This document shows positions 45,121 through 54,592 of a stretch of DNA of 64,000 nucleotides, one piece after another (within the stretch, counting starts at the first letter, position 1; each line of letters starts with the position of its first letter). The notes below the pieces were generated by a model. It was given only the letters and a program-made list of their open reading frames with translations, searched no databases and was not told where the DNA came from. Origin of the DNA: Deltaproteobacteria bacterium (GTDB lineage: Bacteria; Desulfobacterota; RBG-13-43-22); NCBI GenBank assembly GCA_016219225.1, contig JACRBX010000202.1, positions 741-64,740 on the forward strand, in the 5' to 3' direction. A program made the translations under genes and the position numbers.

Positions 45121-46875
45121 GTGATAATCGATTTAACAGAAATCAAAAAAAGACCCTGGTATCCTTCTTATCCGGAAGGGATCAGGAAACAACTGGAGTC
45201 CTATAGCCTGCCGGAAATACCTTCGTACAGGTTTTTGGAATCATCGGCCAAATACTTTCCCAATTCGACGGCTCTAGTCTACGAGCCGGAAAATTTCCTT
45301 GTCAATTATTTGGAACTGTGCAGCCTGTGTGAGCGATTCGCCTCGGGGCTCCAAAATAAACTGGGTGTCAAAAAAGGGGACCGGGTGGCCATATACGCTC
45401 GAAATTATCCGGAATTCGTCATCGCCCTCTTCGGAATATCGATGGCCGGAGCGGTCTATGTGGCTTGCAATCCCCTGTTGACCGAAGAAGAGGTGGCCTA
45501 CCAGATCAAGGATTCCGGGGCCGGAATTGCCGTCACCTCTGATGATCTGATGCCCGTTTTAAAAGGTCTTGTTGAAAAAAGGGGCACACCCTTGGAAAGG
45601 GTCATCGTATTTACCAGAAATCAGGAATTGAAGCCGGCCCTTCTCGGCCGGAAGGAAATGGCTTTCAAGTCTCCCCTGGTCGGCTTTTCGGAGGTCTTTT
45701 CCGACAAGTCCTTTACCAAACCGGTTATACATCCCAAACAGGATTTAACGGCCATCATGTACACCTCGGGAACGACAGGATATCCCAAAGGGGTCATGAT
45801 TTCTCATTATAATGTCGTTTCCTCGACCATTATGTACCAGACCGCCTATACGGGAAAATTTCCGGAAGTCGATGCTTCCGGTTTTCTAAAGTGTGCCAAT
45901 GACCCGAAGGATCTGACCCGGGAATGGGATTATCCCATCCGCTATGGCATGGATTCCGTGCTGGTCGTTCCCCCCTGGACGCACATGCTGGCCTATTTGG
46001 GGCAATTGCACTTTCCGGTCATGGCCGCCATGGCGATTTTCCCTATGCCGGCTTTTAACAAAGACTCGATGCTCGATATGGTCAGACGCTGGAAGATAAG
46101 CTTTGCCGGAGGGGCCCCGCAAATGATGGCCATGTTGCTTTCCCTGTCGGAAGGGGACCAAGGGGCCCTCTATCCCATCCGGGCCTGGACCACCGGCGGT
46201 TCTCCGGTTCCCACGGTTTTGGCTGAAAAGTTTTCCCGAATCATCAGCGGCGTCATCACCGAGGGGTACAGCCTGACCGAGGCGACCATCAGCTCTACGA
46301 AACATTACTGTAACCGGTCGGGCCGGAGAAAATACGGGTCCATCGGAAGCCCTCTTCCCTTCATCGATATGAAAGTGGTCGACATCCTGACGGGAAAGGA
46401 AGAAATGCCTGTAGGGCAGGAGGGCGAATTGATTCAAAACGGACCGACCGTAACCCTGGGCTATTTAAATCGACCGGAAGCCACCCAGGAGACCTTCAGA
46501 AACGGTTGGCTCTATACCGGCGATCTGGCGGTCATGGATGCGGAGGGGTTGTTTTATATTACCGGCCGGAAAAAGGAACTGATCATTTATAAGGGGTACA
46601 ATATCGCCCCCCGGATGCTCGAAGAAATTCTGTATAAGCATCCCGACGTGTTGGAATGCGCCGTGGTCGGCAAGAAGGATGATATGGCCGGGGAGATACC
46701 GGTGGCCTTTGTCACCCTTAAAGAAGGGCGTCGGGCAGCGGCCGAAGAAATCATGGCCTTTGTCAACGAAAAGGTGGCTCCCTATAAGAAGATCAGGGAG
46801 CTCAGATTTATCGATAAGATACCGGTAAATCCGAATGGCAAGGTCATGCGCAAGGAACTGGTGAAGATGGTTTAG
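45121..46875 (+). CDS. AMP-dependent acyl-CoA synthetase/ligase (long-chain/medium-chain FadD-like)
   Basis: YTSGTTGYPKGV motif and a GWLYTGD motif. GTG start, so start position is uncertain. Confidence 0.85.
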   Translation: MIIDLTEIKKRPWYPSYPEGIRKQLESYSLPEIPSYRFLESSAKYFPNSTALVYEPENFLVNYLELCSLCERFASGLQNKLGVKKGDRVAIYARNYPEFVIALFGISMAGAVYVACNPLLTEEEVAYQIKDSGAGIAVTSDDLMPVLKGLVEKRGTPLERVIVFTRNQELKPALLGRKEMAFKSPLVGFSEVFSDKSFTKPVIHPKQDLTAIMYTSGTTGYPKGVMISHYNVVSSTIMYQTAYTGKFPEVDASGFLKCANDPKDLTREWDYPIRYGMDSVLVVPPWTHMLAYLGQLHFPVMAAMAIFPMPAFNKDSMLDMVRRWKISFAGGAPQMMAMLLSLSEGDQGALYPIRAWTTGGSPVPTVLAEKFSRIISGVITEGYSLTEATISSTKHYCNRSGRRKYGSIGSPLPFIDMKVVDILTGKEEMPVGQEGELIQNGPTVTLGYLNRPEATQETFRNGWLYTGDLAVMDAEGLFYITGRKKELIIYKGYNIAPRMLEEILYKHPDVLECAVVGKKDDMAGEIPVAFVTLKEGRRAAAEEIMAFVNEKVAPYKKIRELRFIDKIPVNPNGKVMRKELVKMV

Positions 46876-46981
46876 TGCAAAAATAACTCCTGTAAGGTTT
46901 CTGTTAGGACGGGTTTCAAACCCGCCCCGGCCAATGATTGATTAAAAGACTGTTTTGGAGACGATCGCATAAGGAGAGAAA

Positions 46982-48187
46982 ATGATCGCTGACCTTTTAA
47001 AAACCTTACAAACTCAAATTGAAAAAGTATCCCGGATGGATTTTTATAAAAGGAAACTCGATCAGGCCGGTGTAACGGCGAATTCGATTCAGAGCATTGA
47101 TGATTTTAATAGGATCCCCTTTACTTCCGGTCATGAGATCCTGGAAGAACTTAATAAAAAGCCCTCCGAGTGTTCTTTGTTCACTCCGGCGGTAACCCGG
47201 GTTAATCTTTCCCCTTCGGGACAGGACCTGTTTCCGGTTTACAACACCAACCAGGATCTCCAAAAGATGCACGAAGTCGCTGCCCGGGCCTATGAGGCGG
47301 CCGGCGTGACTCCGGATGATATCTGTGCCGTCACCTTTGGCTATCACCTGTTTATCGCCGGACTTTATTATCAGAGCCAGCTTGAATATTACGGGGCCAA
47401 GGTCATCCCCCTCGGTCCGGGAGAATCGGAAAGGGCCGTGGAAGTCATCAATAAATACCAGGTGACGGTTTTAATCTCCAATCCCACCTTTGCCATGAAG
47501 CTGGCCGCCAAGGGAATCCCCAGTGTGCGCATCCTTTTTGTCGGCGGGGAACCTTTTACTTCGGTGGAGGGCTATCCCGAAAAAGTCCGGGCGGCCTTCG
47601 GCCGGAAAATCGGGATGATCGATTCTTATGGGATGGCCTTATGTTCGCCTATTGCCCGGAGCTGCCGGTTTGAAAAAGGAATGCACCTTCTGGATGATTT
47701 CATCTATGCCGAGGTGATTGATCCTTTGACCGGAGCCCCCGTGCCTTTGGGTGAAAAAGGGGAACTGGTTTTGACCCATCTCCATAAGGAGGCCTCTCCG
47801 TTGCTGCGCTACCGGACCGGTGATTTAACTTATATGATCGAAGAAAAGTGTCCCTGCGGAAGATCCTTCACCCTGCCCAAAGGGATTATAGGCCGGACCG
47901 ATGAAATGCTTAAGATCAAAGGAGTCAAGTTCTGGCCCTCCCAGATCGGGGCCATTCTTCAAAGTGTGGCCGGGGCCGGAAAAAAATACCGGGTAGTGGT
48001 CCGGAATCCCCAGGGGGTGGATACCATTTCTTTAATGATCGAGGGCACGGAGGGGTCAGTGGATCTGGAGGAATTGGCCCGCCGACTGAAAAGGGAAACC
48101 CTCCTGGCCTTTAACGAAATACTTCTTATAGATCATTTTGATCAGGGCCCTGTTGTCGAGGACCAACGACAGGGGAGGACTTTTTGA
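46982..48187 (+). CDS. PaaK-like adenylate-forming enzyme (phenylacetate-CoA ligase / F390 synthetase family)
   Basis: About 400-aa ANL-superfamily member lacking the long N-terminal domain of FadD-type ligases. AAGGAGAG RBS. Confidence 0.8.
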   Translation: MIADLLKTLQTQIEKVSRMDFYKRKLDQAGVTANSIQSIDDFNRIPFTSGHEILEELNKKPSECSLFTPAVTRVNLSPSGQDLFPVYNTNQDLQKMHEVAARAYEAAGVTPDDICAVTFGYHLFIAGLYYQSQLEYYGAKVIPLGPGESERAVEVINKYQVTVLISNPTFAMKLAAKGIPSVRILFVGGEPFTSVEGYPEKVRAAFGRKIGMIDSYGMALCSPIARSCRFEKGMHLLDDFIYAEVIDPLTGAPVPLGEKGELVLTHLHKEASPLLRYRTGDLTYMIEEKCPCGRSFTLPKGIIGRTDEMLKIKGVKFWPSQIGAILQSVAGAGKKYRVVVRNPQGVDTISLMIEGTEGSVDLEELARRLKRETLLAFNEILLIDHFDQGPVVEDQRQGRTF

Positions 48188-49284
48188 TGGCTGAACTACG
48201 ATTGATCCAATCGGATTATACCTATGCCGACTTTTCGACCAGCCTTTCCCCGGCCATCGAACTGGCCCTGGAACAGAGGAAGGCGCCCAATACGGTGGTG
48301 CTGGACATTTTCCGGGCAGGGAGTTTTACCATCGGGGTCCTGGAAGACCCGGAAAAATCTCTGGACCTGGATTACTGCCGGCAGGAAAATATTACCGTTC
48401 GAAGACGCCAAAATCCCGGAGGGGCTATATGGGGCCCGGACGGAAGTGCTTTTATTGTCTATTATCTGGATACGAAAGACCCTGCGGTGCCGATGAAATC
48501 GGTGAAGGAGGCTTTCCAAAAGGGCCTGACGGATCTGGCTGAGGTGATCAGCGCCATGTTTAACATCCCGGCGGCTTACCGGCCTTTGAATGATATCGAG
48601 GTGGAGGGGAGAAAACTTGTGCCTACCTCGGCCAGGCTGGAGAAGCGCATCCTGACCTTACGTTTGCTGATCAATCTGGTTCCCACCGACAGGGATATTC
48701 TGAACAGGGCCATAAAAGTGGCCCCGGAAAAGATTCAGGACAAGAAAATCAAAGAAGTGGGAGCCCGGTTTACCTGTTTGGAAGCGGAAATAGGCAGAAA
48801 GATCATCTCTGACGAAATCAAGGAACTTATGGAAAAGGTCATTCAAAAAACCTTCGGCCAAGCCATAAACCTGAAGCCGGGTGTTTTAACCGATCTCGAA
48901 AAACGATATGAAGCGGAGTACCAACAAAAATTTACTTCAGAGGAATGGTTTTATGCCAATTCGGAAATATTCCGTTTTCAGAACAAGCCTGCCGGGGCTA
49001 TAATAACCGAGGGACGCCACAAGGCCCCGGCCGGGTTGATACGGGTGACTATCCTGGTTTACCGGGATAAAATGATGGATCTTATTATTACCGGTGATTT
49101 CCATCCTTCGCCTTTGCAGGTGATTCAGGACATGGAACAGGCCCTGAAGGGCAAAGCCTGCAAAATGGATTTGATCCGATCGGAATTAACCGCCATCTTG
49201 GACAGTCCGGAGGTTGAGATTCCTGGGACGACGGTGGAAGATTTTCTGGTGGCCTTTAAAAAAGCATTAACCTGGGAACATTGA
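48187..49284 (+). CDS. Lipoate-protein ligase A (LplA)-like protein: BPL/LPL catalytic domain plus LplA C-terminal domain
   Basis: The N-terminus aligns to E. coli LplA (LRLIQSDYTYADFSTSL..VVLDIFRAG..TIGV / RRRQNPGGAI where LplA has RRSSGGGAVFHD). Conserved Lys in VEGRKLVPTSAR. Start overlaps the PaaK stop (TGATG). Confidence 0.75.
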   Translation: MAELRLIQSDYTYADFSTSLSPAIELALEQRKAPNTVVLDIFRAGSFTIGVLEDPEKSLDLDYCRQENITVRRRQNPGGAIWGPDGSAFIVYYLDTKDPAVPMKSVKEAFQKGLTDLAEVISAMFNIPAAYRPLNDIEVEGRKLVPTSARLEKRILTLRLLINLVPTDRDILNRAIKVAPEKIQDKKIKEVGARFTCLEAEIGRKIISDEIKELMEKVIQKTFGQAINLKPGVLTDLEKRYEAEYQQKFTSEEWFYANSEIFRFQNKPAGAIITEGRHKAPAGLIRVTILVYRDKMMDLIITGDFHPSPLQVIQDMEQALKGKACKMDLIRSELTAILDSPEVEIPGTTVEDFLVAFKKALTWEH

Positions 49285-49331
49285 TTATGGCAAGTTGATT
49301 ATTATGAAATTCTGTATGTGAGGTAAACGCA

Positions 49332-50537
49332 ATGAAAATGCAAGAAAATAATCTGCCCCTGCGAGGGCTGAAAGTCATCGACCTGGCTACGATGATGGCC
49401 GCTCCCTGGGCGGCCGCCTATCTGGGGGATTATGGGGCGGAAGTCATTAAAGTGGAGCATCCTAAAACCGGCGACGGCATGAGAAAATTCGGGGCCTCCA
49501 AGGATGGTAAAGGTGTTTTTTGGAAGTCTTTGTCCAGAAACAAACAATGCATCACCCTGGATGTGAAAAATGGGAAAGAGGTCTTTTTAAAGCTTATACA
49601 GTGGGCTGATGTGCTGATTGAAAATTTCCGGCCCGGAACCATGGAAAAATGGGGCTTGGGCTGGGAGGTGATCCGGGAAGCCAACCCCCGGATCATCTGG
49701 CTCAGGGTTTCCGGGTTTGGACAGGAAGGCCCCTATGCCAGCCGGGGCGGGTTCGGTACCGTGGCCGAGGGGATGTGCGGGTTCGCCGCCCTGAACGGGT
49801 ATCCCGACTCCCCGCCGACGCTGCCTCCTAACGCCCTGGCCGACGGGGTTTGCAGCGCCTTTGCCGCCCTGGCGATCATGATCGCCCTTTATGACCGGGA
49901 TGCCCTGGGCAGTGCCAAGGGACAGATCATCGATATATCCCTTTATGAGCCATTGATGCGGCTTTTGGAAAGCAATGTCATGGAGTATTCGGTACTCGGT
50001 CTGAAATCGCCGAGGATGGGCAGCAGGATCGCCTCGGCGGCACCGCGAAATCTTTACCAGACCAGGGGAGGCCGATGGATCGGTTTATCGGGAAGCGCCC
50101 AGCCTATTGCCGAGAATGTCTTCAGGGCTATCGGCCGCCCGGATCTGATAAAGGACCCGAGATTTTGCGACAACCCCAGCCGGGTTAAACATGTGGAAGA
50201 GCTGGACGCCATTATCGGCGAGTGGATCGGAAGCCATTCTCTGGACGAGGTCATGGAGACCTTCTTAGAGGCCCAGGCGGTGGTCGGTCCGGTCTACGAA
50301 ATGGATCAGATCTTTGAAGATGTCCACTTCAAGGCCAGGGAATCCTTGGTTGAAGTGGAGGATGAAGATTTCGGAACGATTAAAATGCCCAACACCTTCG
50401 CCAAATTTTCCCGCACCCCCGGTGCCGTTCAATTTACCGGCGGCGCTAAAGGGGCGGACAACAAAAAGATCTACTGTGATTTGTTGGGGTTATCCCCTGA
50501 TGAACTACAGAAGCTTCAGGAGGATGGGGTGGTTTAA
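49332..50537 (+). CDS. Family III CoA-transferase
   Basis: GLKVIDLATMMAAPWAAAYLGDYGAEVIKVE motif. GAGGTAA RBS. Confidence 0.9.
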   Translation: MKMQENNLPLRGLKVIDLATMMAAPWAAAYLGDYGAEVIKVEHPKTGDGMRKFGASKDGKGVFWKSLSRNKQCITLDVKNGKEVFLKLIQWADVLIENFRPGTMEKWGLGWEVIREANPRIIWLRVSGFGQEGPYASRGGFGTVAEGMCGFAALNGYPDSPPTLPPNALADGVCSAFAALAIMIALYDRDALGSAKGQIIDISLYEPLMRLLESNVMEYSVLGLKSPRMGSRIASAAPRNLYQTRGGRWIGLSGSAQPIAENVFRAIGRPDLIKDPRFCDNPSRVKHVEELDAIIGEWIGSHSLDEVMETFLEAQAVVGPVYEMDQIFEDVHFKARESLVEVEDEDFGTIKMPNTFAKFSRTPGAVQFTGGAKGADNKKIYCDLLGLSPDELQKLQEDGVV

Positions 50538-50547
50538 CACGAAAATC

Positions 50548-50590
50548 GAGTTCGGAGTATTGAGTTCGGAGCAAACCATTTTCATCCTTT
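50548..50590. repeat. Family C repeat (gagttcggagtattgagttcggag) plus a ccattttcat tail
   Basis: Same arrangement as 38196..38263. Confidence 0.65.
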
Positions 50591-50854
50591 TAGATTATAA
50601 AGGGTCATCAGGTTCACCGAAAGGAGCAGGGACATCTCCTGAAGTCCGATGGAGAGGTGTTTTGCCAGAAGGGGTGACGCTCCCTTGGAAAGCCCCTTCC
50701 CTCCCAACTTAACCAAGCCGGGTGGAGTCCGGACAGTTTTCGCTTTCAACCCCAATATCTGTTCCACTTTGATAGTTCCATTTGGCATCCTTCCCCCTAT
50801 CATGAGATTTGTCATTAGATTCTTTACAGAAAAAGGGATAAGCCCCTTCAATGG

Positions 50855-50883
50855 TTGACACTATTTTTTTTTAATATTATAGT
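50855..50883 (+). promoter_or_regulatory. Near-consensus sigma70 promoter TTGACA-N17-TATAGT
   Basis: Exact -35 hexamer, a 17-nt spacer and a 5/6 match at -10. Lies 197 nt upstream of hisI. The leader contains the cgaggcg, ctatagcc and inverted-E repeats. Confidence 0.55.
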
Positions 50884-50940
50884 AATCGGTAAAAATTCTC
50901 CCAGAGGATGGGTTTAGTTCGAAAATAGAAAATAAGCCAT

Positions 50941-51077
50941 GAGGGACGAGGCGCGAGGCGCGAGAGGAAAAAGAGCAACAAATACTTCCTCCTGACCTAT
51001 AGCCCATTGCCTATAGCCTATAGCCTCTTATGGACCTATTTTCATGCTTCGTGGTGCCCCGCGGGGCATGAGGGTTT
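50941..51077. repeat. Composite repeat block: gagggacgaggcgcgaggcgcgagagg (similar to 38291-38320), ctatagcc tandem repeat, and an inverted family E hairpin (ttttcatgcttcgtggtgccccgcggggcatgagggttt)
   Basis: Seen directly. Confidence 0.7.
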
Positions 51078-51080
51078 AAT

Positions 51081-51464
51081 ATGGAAATGAAACTGAATTT
51101 CGAAAAAGGGCAGGGCCTTCTGCCGGCAATTGCCCAGGATTGGCAAACCGGGCAGGTCCTCATGCTGGCCTATATGAACCGGGAGGCCTGGGACCAAACC
51201 CTGGCAACCCGAAAAGCCCATTACTGGAGCCGATCCCGAAATGAATTGTGGCTTAAAGGGGGGACGTCCGGGCATGTTCAAATGGTCAAGGAAATTTTTA
51301 TCGATTGCGACGGAGATACCATCCTCTTAAAGGTGGAACAATTGGGCGGTGGGGCCTGTCATACCGGGTACAAGAGTTGTTTTTTTCAAAAAGTAGATGA
51401 AAAGGGGACCATAGAAATTGTCGGGGAAAAAGGGTTTGATCCCCGGGAGGTTTATAAAAAGTGA
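51081..51464 (+). CDS. hisI: Phosphoribosyl-AMP cyclohydrolase
   Basis: [25 protein letters not shown] and [18 protein letters not shown] motifs (Zn/Mg site). Monofunctional HisI. Confidence 0.9.
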   Translation: MEMKLNFEKGQGLLPAIAQDWQTGQVLMLAYMNREAWDQTLATRKAHYWSRSRNELWLKGGTSGHVQMVKEIFIDCDGDTILLKVEQLGGGACHTGYKSCFFQKVDEKGTIEIVGEKGFDPREVYKK

Positions 51465-52333
51465 ATGTATTAAAGCTAGGCATTCCCAAAGGGAGCCTGC
51501 AAGAGGCGACTATTAACCTTTTTAGAAAGTCGGGCTGGAAGATCAACGTCAACAGTCGGAATTATTTTCCGGAAATCGATGATCCGGAGATCCGGTGTTC
51601 TATTTGCCGGGCACAGGAAATGTCCCGCTATGTGGAAAGCGGCACTATTGATGCCGGTATAACCGGGAAGGATTGGACCCTGGAAAATAACTCCAAGGTA
51701 AAAGTCATCTCGGATCTTTTGTATTCCAAGGTCAGCAGTCGCCCGGCCCTTTGGGTCCTGGCGGTAGCCAGTGATTCCAAGATCAAAAAGATAGAAGATC
51801 TGCGGGGGAAGAAGATCGCCACCGAACTGGTCAATTTTACCCGTCGATATTTTGCCGAAAAGGGCATTCCGGTGCAGGTGGAGTTTTCCTGGGGGGCTAC
51901 CGAGGGGAAGATCATTTCCGGCCTGGCCGATGCCATTGTTGAGGTGACCGAAACCGGCAGTACCATCCGGGCCCATGGTCTGAAGATCATCCATGAATTG
52001 ATGCAATCCAATACCCAGATCATTGCCAATCGGGAATCGTGGAAAGACCCCTGGAAAAAAGATAAAATCAAGCAAATCGTTTTATTATTGCAAGGGGCCT
52101 TACGAGCGGAAAAGATGGTGGGCTTGAAAATGAATGTCCCGGCTGAGAAGCTTGAAGACCTGGTAGCCATCCTGCCCAGTTTGAACGCCCCCACCATCGC
52201 CAATCTCTATAACAGCAACTGGCTGTCGGTGGAGACCGTGGTCGAGGAATCCCAGGTCCGGGAATTGATCCCCGGTTTGATCCGGAGAGGGGCTCAGGGG
52301 ATCATTGAATATTCGTTGAATAAGCTGATATAA
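51461..52333 (+). CDS. hisG: ATP phosphoribosyltransferase, long form with C-terminal regulatory domain
   Basis: [11 protein letters not shown]-terminus. 290 aa with a C-terminal HisG_C-like region. GTG start overlapping the hisI stop. Confidence 0.88.
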   Translation: MNVLKLGIPKGSLQEATINLFRKSGWKINVNSRNYFPEIDDPEIRCSICRAQEMSRYVESGTIDAGITGKDWTLENNSKVKVISDLLYSKVSSRPALWVLAVASDSKIKKIEDLRGKKIATELVNFTRRYFAEKGIPVQVEFSWGATEGKIISGLADAIVEVTETGSTIRAHGLKIIHELMQSNTQIIANRESWKDPWKKDKIKQIVLLLQGALRAEKMVGLKMNVPAEKLEDLVAILPSLNAPTIANLYNSNWLSVETVVEESQVRELIPGLIRRGAQGIIEYSLNKLI

Positions 52334-52383
52334 GAGACAGACGCAAGGTCTAAGGTTCAAGGTGCAAGGTATCAGGGGAGAGA

Positions 52384-52414
52384 CAGTTCGGAGTTTGGAG
52401 TTCGGAGTTCGGAG
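52384..52414. repeat. Family C tandem repeat (cagttcggagtttggagttcggagttcggag)
   Basis: Its inverted copy at 52535..52566 lies inside the 5' end of the next ORF. Confidence 0.75.
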
Positions 52415-52498
52415 AAAAAGCAGGAAGTTCTTCAGTGTTTGTTGGAAAGAGATCGAAAATAAAAAAATAAATCAGTTTGTCAGGACAGAAAAAAAAGG

Positions 52499-53344
52499 AT
52501 GACTAAATTGCAGCCAACTACTCTGGTTTTAGAAAACTCCGAACTCCGAACTCCGAACTCCGAACTGCCCAATCAGAAGGGCCATCCAGAGGTAAGGACC
52601 CGAAAAACATCAGTGGTGATCCTGATAATCCTCCTGGCTTGTCTGGCCGCCTGTGCCACACCTTCTCAAACCAAGGAGCAGGCTCTGTCCCATTTGCGCC
52701 TGGGGGACTCGATGCTGCAGGAAGGCCGACCCACCCAGGCTTTGGCCGAACTGATCAAGGCCAATGATTTAGACCCCAGCAACCCGGTGATTCGAAATGT
52801 TCTGGGAATCGCTTATCTGGAAAAGGGGATGGTCCGCCAGGCTATTTATCAGTTTGAGAAGGCCCTCTACCTCAATCCCGATTATGTGGAGGTGCATAAT
52901 AACCTGGGCACGGCCCTGCTCCGGGATGGGAGGGTGAAGGAGTCCATCCCGGAGTTTAACAAGGCCCTTGAAGATCCGTTGTACACGACGCCCCATTTTG
53001 TTCAATACAATTTGGGCCAGGCCTACTATGCCCTTCAGGAATATGATAAGGCCCAGGAATACTTCCAGGAGGCGATCAAAAGCTCACCGGGCTACAGCCT
53101 GGCCTATCACGGTTTAGGGTTGACCTTGCAGGCCACCCAACACCTGGATGAGGCGGCAGAGGCCTTTAAAAAGGCTATTGAACATGCACCCCGATATGCC
53201 CGGGCCCATTACGACTTAGGGGAGGTGCTGGTTCAGTTGAATCAACAATCCTTGGCCCGACTGGCTTTTAAAGAAGTGATCGGTTTGGATCCCGAAGGTC
53301 CATTGGGCAAGAAGGCCCAACAGAGATTAAAGGAGATCAAATAA
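52499..53344 (+). CDS. TPR-repeat lipoprotein (PilF/PilW-like fold)
   Basis: RTRKTSVVILIILLACLAAC lipoprotein signal followed by more than 5 TPR motifs. Start uncertain: the track start 52499 includes 22 codons encoded by a family C repeat (ENSELRTPNSELPN). Confidence 0.7.
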   Translation: MTKLQPTTLVLENSELRTPNSELPNQKGHPEVRTRKTSVVILIILLACLAACATPSQTKEQALSHLRLGDSMLQEGRPTQALAELIKANDLDPSNPVIRNVLGIAYLEKGMVRQAIYQFEKALYLNPDYVEVHNNLGTALLRDGRVKESIPEFNKALEDPLYTTPHFVQYNLGQAYYALQEYDKAQEYFQEAIKSSPGYSLAYHGLGLTLQATQHLDEAAEAFKKAIEHAPRYARAHYDLGEVLVQLNQQSLARLAFKEVIGLDPEGPLGKKAQQRLKEIK

Positions 53345-53404
53345 CCGACAGCGGCACTTTTTTCGTCATTCCCGAAGAATAAGGTGTTTTAAGGAAAAGA
53401 GAAT

Positions 53405-54592
53405 ATGTCTTCAAACAATGCATTCGAACCGACCGCGGTCTCCAGGCGGGCCCGGGAGATTACTCCGTTTATTGCCATGGATGTCCTGGAAGCCGCTCAG
53501 GCCATGGAGCGGGCCGGAGACCGGATCATCCATCTCGAAGTAGGGGAACCTGATTTCGATACTCCGGACTGTATTAAAGAAGCGGCCATCAAGGCCCTCC
53601 AGGATGGAAAGACTCATTATACCGACAGCCGGGGGATTCTCGAACTCCGGGAAGCCATTTGTGCCTATTATAATCAACGTTACCAGGTTGAGGTTTCCCC
53701 GGATCAGATCATTATCACCTCCGGGACCTCGCCTGCCATGTTTATGGTTTTTTCGGCTTTACTCGAACCAGGACAGGAAGTCATTATTTCTGATCCCCAT
53801 TATGCCTGTTATCCTAATTTTATTCAATTCGCCCAGGGGAAACCGGTTAAGGTTCGGGTCTATGAAGAAGACGGCTTTCAATATTTCCCGGAAGAAATCC
53901 GAAAGCGTATCGGACCGGATACCAAAGGGATTTTTATCAATTCTCCGTCCAATCCCACCGGGACCCTGTTGTCGGCAGACCGGATGAAGGGGTTGGCCCA
54001 ATTCGACCCTTATATTATTTCCGATGAGATTTATCACGGTCTGGTTTATGAAGGCCGGGAACATTCGATCCTTGAATTCACCGATCGGGCCTTTGTGCTG
54101 AACGGTTTTTCTAAACTGTATGCCATGACCGGCTGGCGCTTGGGCTATTTGATCGCCCCCCGTGAATTTATTCGTCCCTTGCAGAAAATTCATCAAAACT
54201 TTTTTATCTCGGCCAATTCCGTGGCCCAATGGGCCGGGATTACCGCCTTGAATCAGGCCCAGGAAGATGTGGCCCGGATGAGGGACCTCTATGACCAGCG
54301 CCGGAAGGTGATCATTAAAAGGCTCAAAGAACTGGGGTTCGGGCTGGCCGTTGAGCCTACCGGGGCTTTTTACGTCCTGGCCAATGCCAAAGCCTTCCAC
54401 TCCGATTCGTATAAATTGGCCTTTGACATCTTAAAAAAAGCCAAAGTTGGAGCCACTCCGGGTATTGATTTTGGGGAGGGTGCCGAAGGCTATCTCCGCT
54501 TCACCTATGCCAATTCCATTGAACGGATCGAAGAGGGGATGGAACGCCTTCAGGCTTATTTAAGCCGGGAAGAATATAAAGAAATTCCATGA
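53405..54592 (+). CDS. Pyridoxal-phosphate-dependent aminotransferase, class I/II (AspC-like)
   Basis: About 395 aa. IHLEVGEPDFDTP and a SKLYAMTGWRLGY motif (Lys for PLP). Confidence 0.85.
   Translation: MSSNNAFEPTAVSRRAREITPFIAMDVLEAAQAMERAGDRIIHLEVGEPDFDTPDCIKEAAIKALQDGKTHYTDSRGILELREAICAYYNQRYQVEVSPDQIIITSGTSPAMFMVFSALLEPGQEVIISDPHYACYPNFIQFAQGKPVKVRVYEEDGFQYFPEEIRKRIGPDTKGIFINSPSNPTGTLLSADRMKGLAQFDPYIISDEIYHGLVYEGREHSILEFTDRAFVLNGFSKLYAMTGWRLGYLIAPREFIRPLQKIHQNFFISANSVAQWAGITALNQAQEDVARMRDLYDQRRKVIIKRLKELGFGLAVEPTGAFYVLANAKAFHSDSYKLAFDILKKAKVGATPGIDFGEGAEGYLRFTYANSIERIEEGMERLQAYLSREEYKEIP

Noticed and set aside
46885-46960. Terminator between the ligase at 45121 and the PaaK-like gene (cgggtttcaaacccg hairpin)
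   Set aside because: Short 5-bp stem with no T-tract. Readthrough into the downstream PaaK-like/LplA-like/CoA-transferase genes seems more likely.
50582-50858. Small ORFs in the gap before hisI (50582..50851 minus, 50649..50858 plus, 50314..50712 plus)
   Set aside because: TTG start without an RBS, or overlapping the CoA-transferase gene out of frame. No recognisable domain or signal. The region is better explained as a promoter-proximal spacer.
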